DNA of 64,000 nt, from assembly GCA_009914755.4 (NCBI GenBank), contig CP086569.2, positions 29,568,001-29,632,000 of the forward strand, written 5' to 3'. Below are positions 56,136 to 64,000 of the stretch, piece after piece. The DNA comes from the human T2T-CHM13v2.0 reference genome, Homo sapiens. The position numbers were made by a program, and so were the translations under genes. Position 1 is the first letter of the stretch. Each line of letters starts with the position of its first letter. Below the pieces are notes generated by a model. It saw only the letters and a program-made list of their open reading frames with translations, did not search any database and was not told where the DNA came from.

Positions 56136-59100
56136 ATGGAGTCAAATGGAATGGTCTAGGAATGGAATGAACACGAATGTAAGGCAATCCAATAGAATGG
56201 AATCGAATGGCATGGAATATAAAGAAATGGTATCAAAGAGAATGGAAACAAATGGAATGGAATTGAATGGAATGGAATTGAATGGAATGGGAACGAATGG
56301 AGTGAAATTGTATGCAGTAGAAGAGAATAGAATGGAATGCAAGTGAAAGGAAAGGAATGGATTGGAATGGAATGGAATTCATTGGAATGGAAGGGAATGT
56401 AGTGTAATGGACAGGCCTGGAATAAAGTGGAATGCTACGGTCTCGAATGGAATAAAAATGTATGGAATGGAATGCAATGAAACGGAATCGAATGTCATAG
56501 AATGTAATGGAATGCAAAAAAATGGAATCCAAAATCATTGACTGGAAAGGCTGGGTGTCGAAAGGAATTGACTCCAATGGAATGGAATCGAATGGAATGG
56601 AAGTGAATAGAATCGAACTAAATCGAATGGAATGGAATTGATAGGAACGGAATGGAAAGGAATGCAATGATGTGGCATGGAATGGAATCGAATGGCATCG
56701 AATGGAATGGAATGGAATGCAATGGAATGGAGTGTATTAAAATGTAATGAACATTAATGGAATGTACTCAAATGGATTCGACTGGAATGGAATGTTCTGG
56801 AAGTGAATGGACTCCAATGGAATGGATTCAAAAGGAATGGAATCGTACGGAATGGAATCTAATGGAATGGAATTAAATGGAAATGAATCAAATTGAATAG
56901 CACGGAATTGAATTGAATGGAATCGAATGCAATGGAATCTAATGAAACGGAAAGGAAAAGAATGGAATGGAATGGAATGGGCTGGAATGGAAAGGAATCG
57001 AAACGAATGGAATGGAATCGAACTGAAGAGACTGGAATGGAATGCACTGGAATGGAAGGGAGTGTAATGGAAGGTTCTCGACAAAAATGGAATCGAATGG
57101 AATGGAATTGAATGGAACGGAATAGAGTCGAATGGAATTGAATGGAATGGAATGGACTAGAGTGAAATGGAATCGAACCACAAGGAATGGACAGGAATAG
57201 AATGGTCTCGAATTGAATGGAATCGTATGGAATGGCATCAAACGGAATGGAATGGACAGCCACGGAATGGAATGCACTCGAATGCAATGGAGTCGAAACT
57301 AATGGACTGGAATAGAATGGACTCGACTGGTACGGACTCCAATGGAATGGAATCGAATGGAAGGGAATCGAACGGAATGGACTCGAAGGGAAAAGACTGC
57401 AATGGAAAGGTCTCGAATTGAATGGAAATTAATGGAATGGAATGGAATCGAATGAAATGGAGTCAAAAGGAATGGAATCGAATGGCAAGAAATCGAATGT
57501 AATGGAATCGCAAGGAATTGATGTGAACGGAACGGAATGGAATGGAATCCAAAGGAATGGAATAGAATGGAATGGAATCGAATGGAAAGGGCTCGAATGG
57601 AAATCACTCGAATAGAATGCAATTTAATAAAATAGGATCAAATGTAATGGAATGGAATGGAAAGGAATCGAAAGGAAAGGAATGGAGACAGATGGAATGG
57701 AATGGAACAGAGAGCAATGGTATAGAATGGAATGGAATCATCTGGAATGGAATTGAATGGAATGGAATAATATGAAATGGAATGGAATGGAATGGAATGC
57801 CCTTGAATTAAATGGACTGGAATGGAATGGATTCGAATAGAGTGGAATGGAAAGTTTTGAGATAGAATGGAATGGACCCCTTTGGAATGGTCTAGTATGC
57901 AATGCAATCGACTGGCAGGGAATCAAAAGGAATGTAATCGAATGGATTGGACTGGAATGCAATGGACTCGAATAGATTGGAAACGGAATGCAAAGGAATG
58001 GAATGGAATAGTATGGAATGGAATGGAAAGGAATGGAGTGGAATAGACTAGAGTGGAATGGAATGGACTGGAAAGCAATGGACTGGAATGGAACTTTCTT
58101 GAATGGACTGGAATCAAACGGAATGGAATGCAATGCAATCAAATGGCATGGAATAAAATAGAATGAAAGAGAATCAAATGGAATTGAATCGAATGGAATC
58201 GAATGGATTGGAAAGGAATAGAATGGAATGGAATGGAATTGACTGAAATGGAATGGACTAGAATGGAATGGATTCGAATGGAAGGCAAAGGAATGGAATC
58301 TATTGGAATGGACTGTAATGGAATGGAATGGAAGGGATTGGAATGGACTCGAATGGAATGGACTGCAATAGAAAGGATTCGAATGGAATGAAAAAGAATT
58401 GAATGGAATAGAACAGAATGGAATCAAATCGAATGAAATGGAATGGAATAGAAAGGAATGGAATGAAATAGAATGGAAAGGATTCGAATGGAATGCAATC
58501 GAATGGAATGGAATCGAACGGAATGGAATAAAATGGAAGAAAACTGGCAAGAAATGGAATCGAAATGAATGGAGTGTTATGGAACGGACTCAAAAGGAAT
58601 TGAATGTAATAGAATGGAGTGGAGTGGACTCGAATATAATGGACTGGAATGGAATGAAATCACATGGAATGGGAACGAATGGAATGGAATGGAAAGGAAT
58701 GGAATCGAATGGAAAGGAATCGAATGGAAGGGAATGAAATTGAATCAACAGGAATGGAAGGGAATAGAATAGACGGTAATGGAATGGACTCGAATAGAAT
58801 GGACACGAATGCTCAAATTAAATGGACTCGAATGGAATGGAAACGAAAGGAATGTCATCGAATGGAATTGAATCGATTGGAATGAAATCGCATAGAATGG
58901 AGTGGAATCAAATGGAATTGAATCGAAAGGAAAGGAAGCGAATGGACTGAAATGAAATGGAATGGAATTGAATGGAAAGTAGTGCAATGGAATAGAATGG
59001 AACGAAATTTCACGGAATGGAAAGAAACTGAAAGGAATCAAATCAATGGAATATAATCAAATGGAATGGAAAGGAATTGAATGGAGTAGATTGGATTGGA

Positions 59101-59695
59101 TGGGATTGGAATGAAATGTACTGGAAAGGACTCGAATTTCATGAAACGGAATGGAATGAATTGGAACGGAATGGACTCGAATGGAATGGAATGTCATGGA
59201 ATGGCATCAAATGGAATGACATCAAATGGAATGGAATCGAATGCAATGGAATGCTCTGGAATGGAATGGAATGCGTTGGAATGGAATGTCCTCTAATGGA
59301 ATGGATTCGAGTGGAATGGAATCGAATATAATGGAGTCGAATGAAATGGAATTGAAAGGAATGGGATCGAATACAATGGAATATACTGGAATGTAATGTA
59401 ATGAACTCGAATGTAATTGACTGGAATGGAATGTACATGAATGGAATGTAATCGAATGGAAAGTAATCCAATGGAATAGAATCTACTGCAATAAAATCGA
59501 CTCAGATAGAGTAGAATGTAATGGAATGGAGTGCAGTGCAATGGAATGGAATGGAATGGAATGCAATGGAATGGAATGGAATGGAATGGAATGGAATGGA
59601 ATGGAATGGGATGGAATGGTATGGAATGGATGGTAATGGACTGGAGTGAAATGGACTGGAAAAGAATGGACTCAAATTGAAAGGGCTCGAAAGGA
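56136..59695. repeat. HOR unit U17 (3560 bp), B-type
   Basis: Near-identical to U11, with one substitution seen across ~3.5 kb in the ORF-track comparison. Confidence 0.8.
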
Positions 59696-62600
59696 ATGGA
59701 GTCAAATGGAATGGTCTAGGAATGGAATGAACACGAATGTAAGGCAATCCAATAGAATGGAATCGAATGGCATGGAATATAAAGAAATGGTATCAAAGAG
59801 AATGGAAACAAATGGAATGGAATTGAATGGAATGGAATTGAATGGAATGGGAACGAATGGAGTGAAATTGTATGCAGTAGAAGAGAATAGAATGGAATGC
59901 AAGTGAAAGGAAAGGAATGGATTGGAATTTAATGGAATTCATTGGAATGGAAGGGAATGTAGTGTAATGGACAGGCCTGGAATAAAGTGGAATGCTACGG
60001 TCTCGAATGGAATAAAAATGTATGGAATGGAATGCAATGAAACGGAATCGAATGTCATAGAATGTAATGGAATGCAAAAAAATGGAATCCAAAATCATTG
60101 ACTGGAAAGGCTGGGTGTCGAAAGGAATTGACTCCAATGGAATGGAATCGAATGGAATGGAAGTGAATAGAATCGAACTAAATCGAATGGAATGGAATTG
60201 ATAGGAACGGAATGGAAAGGAATGCAATGATGTGGCATGGAATGGAATCGAATGGCATCGAATGGAATGGAATGGAATGCAATGGAATGGAGTGTATTAA
60301 AATGTAATGAACATTAATGGAATGTACTCAAATGGATTCGACTGGAATGGAATGTTCTGGAAGTGAATGGACTCCAATGGAATGGATTCAAAAGGAATGG
60401 AATCGTACGGAATGGAATCTAATGGAATGGAATTAAATGGAAATGAATCAAATTGAATAGCACGGAATTGAATTGAATGGAATCGAATGCAATGGAATCT
60501 AATGAAACGGAAAGGAAAAGAATGGAATGGAATGGAATGGGCTGGAATGGAAAGGAATCGAAACGAATGGAATGGAATCGAACTGAAGAGACTGGAATGG
60601 AATGCACTGGAATGGAAGGGAGTGTAATGGAAGGTTCTCGACAAAAATGGAATCGAATGGAATGGAATTGAATGGAACGGAATAGAGTCGAATGGAATTG
60701 AATGGAATGGAATGGACTAGAGTGAAATGGAATCGAACCACAAGGAATGGACAGGAATAGAATGGTCTCGAATTGAATGGAATCGTATGGAATGGCATCA
60801 AACGGAATGGAATGGACAGCCACGGAATGGAATGCACTCGAATGCAATGGAGTCGAAACTAATGGACTGGAATAGAATGGACTCGACTGGTACGGACTCC
60901 AATGGAATGGAATCGAATGGAAGGGAATCGAACGGAATGGACTCGAAGGGAAAAGACTGCAATGGAAAGGTCTCGAATGGAATGGAAATTAATGGAATGG
61001 AATGGAATCGAATGAAATGGAGTCAAAAGGAATGGAATCGAATGGCAAGAAATCGAATGTAATGGAATCGCAAGGAATTGATGTGAACGGAACGGAATGG
61101 AATGGAATCCAAAGGAATGGAATAGAATGGAATGGAATCGAATGGAAAGGACTCGAATGGAAATCACTCGAATAGAATGCAATTTAATAAAATAGGATCA
61201 AATGTAATGGAATGGAATGGAAAGGAATCGAAACGAAAGGAATGGAGACAGATGGAATGGAATGGAACAGAGAGCAATGGTATAGAATGGAATGGAATCA
61301 TCTGGAATGGAATTGAATGGAATGGAATAATATGAAATGGAATGGAATGGAATGGAATGCCCTTGAATTAAATCGACTGGAATGGAATGGACTCGAATAG
61401 AGTGGAATGGAAAGTGTTGAGATAGAATGGAATGGACTCTTTGGAATGGTGTAGTATGCAATGCAATCGACTGGCAGGGAATCAAAAGGAATGTAATGGA
61501 ATGGATTGGACTGGAATGCAATGGACTCGAATAGATTGGAAACGGAATGCAAAGGAATGGAATGGAATAGTATGGAATGGAATGGAAAGGAATGGAGTGG
61601 AATAGACTAGAGTGGAATGGAATGGACTGGAAAGCAATGGACTGGAATGGAACTTTCTTGAATGGACTGGAATCAAACGGAATGGAATGCAATGCAATCA
61701 AATGGCATGGAATAAAATAGAATGAAAGAGAATCAAATGGAATTGAATCGAATGGAATCGAATGGATTGGAAAGCAATAGAATGGAATGGAATGGAATTG
61801 ACTGAAATGGAATGGACTAGAATGGAATGGATTCGAATGGAAGGCAAAGGAATGGAATCTATTGGAATGGACTGTAATGGAATGGAATGGAAGGGATTGG
61901 AATGGACTCGAATGGAATGGACTGCAATAGAAAGGATTCGAATGGAATGAAAAAGAATTGAATGGAATAGAACAGAATGGAATCAAATCGAATGAAATGG
62001 AATGGAATAGAAAGGAATGGAATGAAATGGAATGGAAAGGATTCGAATGGAATGCAATCGAATGGAATGGAATCGAACGGAATGGAATAAAATGGAAGAA
62101 AACTGGCAAGAAATGGAATCGAAATGAATGGAGTGTTATGGAACGGACTCAAAAGGAATTGAATGTAATAGAATGGAGTGGAGTGGACTCGAATATAATG
62201 GACTGGAATGGAATGAAATCACATGGAATGGGAACGAATGGAATGGAATGGAAAGGAATGGAATCGAATGGAAAGGAATCGAATGGAAGGGAATGAAATT
62301 GAATCAACAGGAATGGAAGGGAATAGAATAGAGGGTAATGGAATGGACTCGAATAGAATGGACACGAATGCTCAAATTGAATGGACTCGAATGGAATGGA
62401 AACGAAAGGAATGTCATCGAATGGAATTGAATCGATTGGAATGAAATCGCATAGAATGGAGTGGAATCAAATGGAATTGAATCGAAAGGAAAGGAAGCGA
62501 ATGGACTGAAATGAAATGGAATGGAATTGAATGGAAAGTAATGCAATGGAAGAGAATGGAAGGAAATTTCACGGAATGGAATCAAACTGAATGGAATCAA

Positions 62601-63189
62601 ATCAATGGAATATAATCAAATGGAATGGAAAGGAATTGAATGGAATAGATTGGATTGGATGGGATTGGAATGAAATGTACTGGAAAGGACTCGAATTTCA
62701 CGAAACGGAATGGAATGAATTGGAACGGAATGGTCTCGAATGGAATGCAATGTCATGGAATGGCATCAAATGGAATGGCATCAAATGGAATGGAATCGAA
62801 TGCAATGGAATGCTATGGAATGGAATATAATGGAGTCGAATGAAATGGAATTGAAAGGAATGGGTTCGAATACAATGGAATATACTGGAATGTAAGGTAA
62901 TGAACTCGAATGTAATTGACTGGAATGGAATGTACATTAACGGAATGTAATCGAATGGAAAGTAATCCAATGGAATAGAATCTAATGCAATAAAATCGAC
63001 TCAGATAGAGTAGAATGTAATGGAATGGAGTGCAGTGCAATGGAATGGAATGGAATGGAATGCAATGGAATGGAATGGAATGGAATGGAATGGAATGGAA
63101 TGGGATGGAATGGTATGGAATGGATAGTAATGGACTGGAGTGAAATGGACTGGAATGGAATGGACTCAAATTGAAAGGTCTCGAAAGGA
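59696..63189. repeat. HOR unit U18 (3494 bp), B-type with the ~60-bp deletion
   Basis: Near-identical to U12 and carries the same deletion, at about 62821. Confidence 0.8.
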
Positions 63190-64000
63190 ATGGAGTCAAA
63201 TGGAATGGTCTGGAATGGAATGAACACGAATGTAATGCAATCCAATAGAATGGAATCGAATGGCATGGAATATAAAGAAATGGAATCGAAGAGAATGGAA
63301 ACAAATGGAATGGAATTGAATGGAATGGAATTGAATGGAATGGGAACGAATGGAGTGAAATTGTATGCAGTAGAAGAGAATAGAATGGAATGCAAGCGAA
63401 AGGAAAGGAATGGATTGGAATGGAATGGAATTCATTGGAATGGAAGGGAATGTAGTGTAATGGACAGGCCTGGAATAAAGTGGAATGCTACGGTCTCGAA
63501 TGGAATAAAAATGTATGGAATGGAATGCAATGAAACGGAATCGAATGTCATAGAATGTAATGGAATGCAAAAAAATGGACTCCAAAATCATTGACTGGAA
63601 AGGCTGGGTGTCGAAAGGAATTGACTCCAATGGAATGGAATCGAATGGAATGGAAGTGAATAGAATCGCACTAAATCGAATGGAATGGAATTGATAGGAA
63701 CAGAATGGAAAGGAATGCAATGATTTGGCATGGAATGGAATCGAATGGCATCGAATGGAATGGAATGGAATGCAATGGAATGGAATGTATTAGAATGTAA
63801 TGAACTTTAATGGAATGTACTCGAATGGATTCGACTGGAATGGAATGTTCTGGAAGTGAATGGACTCCAATGGAATGGATTCAAAAGGAATGGAATCTTA
63901 CGGAATGGAATCTAATGGAATGGAATTAAATGGAAATGAATCAAATTGAATAGCACGGAATTGAATTGAATGGAATCGAATGCAATGGTATCTAATGAAA
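63190..64000. repeat. partial HOR unit U19 (first 811 bp), C-type
   Basis: Anchor at 63190. FCSYQ variant as in U9 and U13. Confidence 0.8.

Larger units (their letters stand above)
1..64000. repeat. HSat3-type (GGAAT)n/(ATTCC)n satellite array covering the whole window, probably the human Yq12 DYZ1 block
   Basis: The + strand is almost entirely AATGG pentamers and 1-2-mismatch derivatives (AATCG, AATGC, AATAG, AAAGG and similar). The strand asymmetry is extreme: the + strand is purine-rich, with C nearly confined to recurrent variant positions such as tcgaatgg and acggaatgg. There is no 171-bp periodicity (so not alpha satellite) and no unique sequence anywhere. The ~3.55-kb HOR with one GGCC per unit fits the published DYZ1 description. 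Confidence 0.95.
52577..64000. repeat. downstream copy of the same duplication (continues past the window end)
   Basis: The ORF-track peptides of U17 vs U11, U18 vs U12 and U19 vs U13 are identical or differ by single residues. The shared private ~60-bp deletion in U12 and U18 confirms common descent. Confidence 0.75.

Noticed and set aside
1-64000. CRISPR-like regular repeat architecture
   Set aside because: The repeats are 5-bp units in a 3.55-kb HOR with no unique spacers, no leader and no cas genes. This is eukaryotic satellite DNA.
1-64000. Alpha-satellite or telomeric identity
   Set aside because: There is no 171-bp periodicity and no CENP-B box, and no TTAGGG runs. The unit is unambiguously the GGAAT pentamer.

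Overview
The entire 64-kb window is a single tandem satellite array built from the pentamer AATGG/GGAAT on the + strand (ATTCC/CCATT on the complement). This is human satellite III-type (HSat3, the GGAAT/CATTC family) heterochromatic DNA. I find no protein-coding genes, RNA genes, transposon insertions, CRISPR arrays, or any prokaryotic-style gene system. All ORFs in the supplied six-frame track are artefacts, because pure AATGG repeats have no stop codon in any frame on either strand. The pentamers are organised into a higher-order repeat (HOR) of about 3.55 kb. Unit lengths cluster at 3494, 3523-3534, 3544 and 3553-3560 bp, with one 2812-bp deletion variant. The window holds 18 complete units plus two partial ones. 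Each unit has exactly one GGCC (HaeIII) site at a fixed phase. A roughly 3.56-kb HaeIII-defined unit of TTCCA-type pentamers matches the classical description of DYZ1, the Yq12 HSat3 block of the human Y chromosome, so that is my best-guess origin (moderate confidence; other HSat3 arrays are not excluded). Beyond the HOR, the array shows (1) unit subtypes marked by shared indels and substitutions arranged in a mosaic, (2) a near-identical (>99.9%) multi-unit duplication offset by exactly 21,244 bp, i.e. six HOR units (about 32.0-42.8 kb against 53.2-64.0 kb), (3) recurrent 15-bp and roughly 60-bp indel polymorphisms shared by non-adjacent units, and (4) one conspicuously more diverged unit (17158-20691). 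The window does not contain the novel biological system the prompt hints at. What is interesting here is the array's structural and evolutionary organisation.
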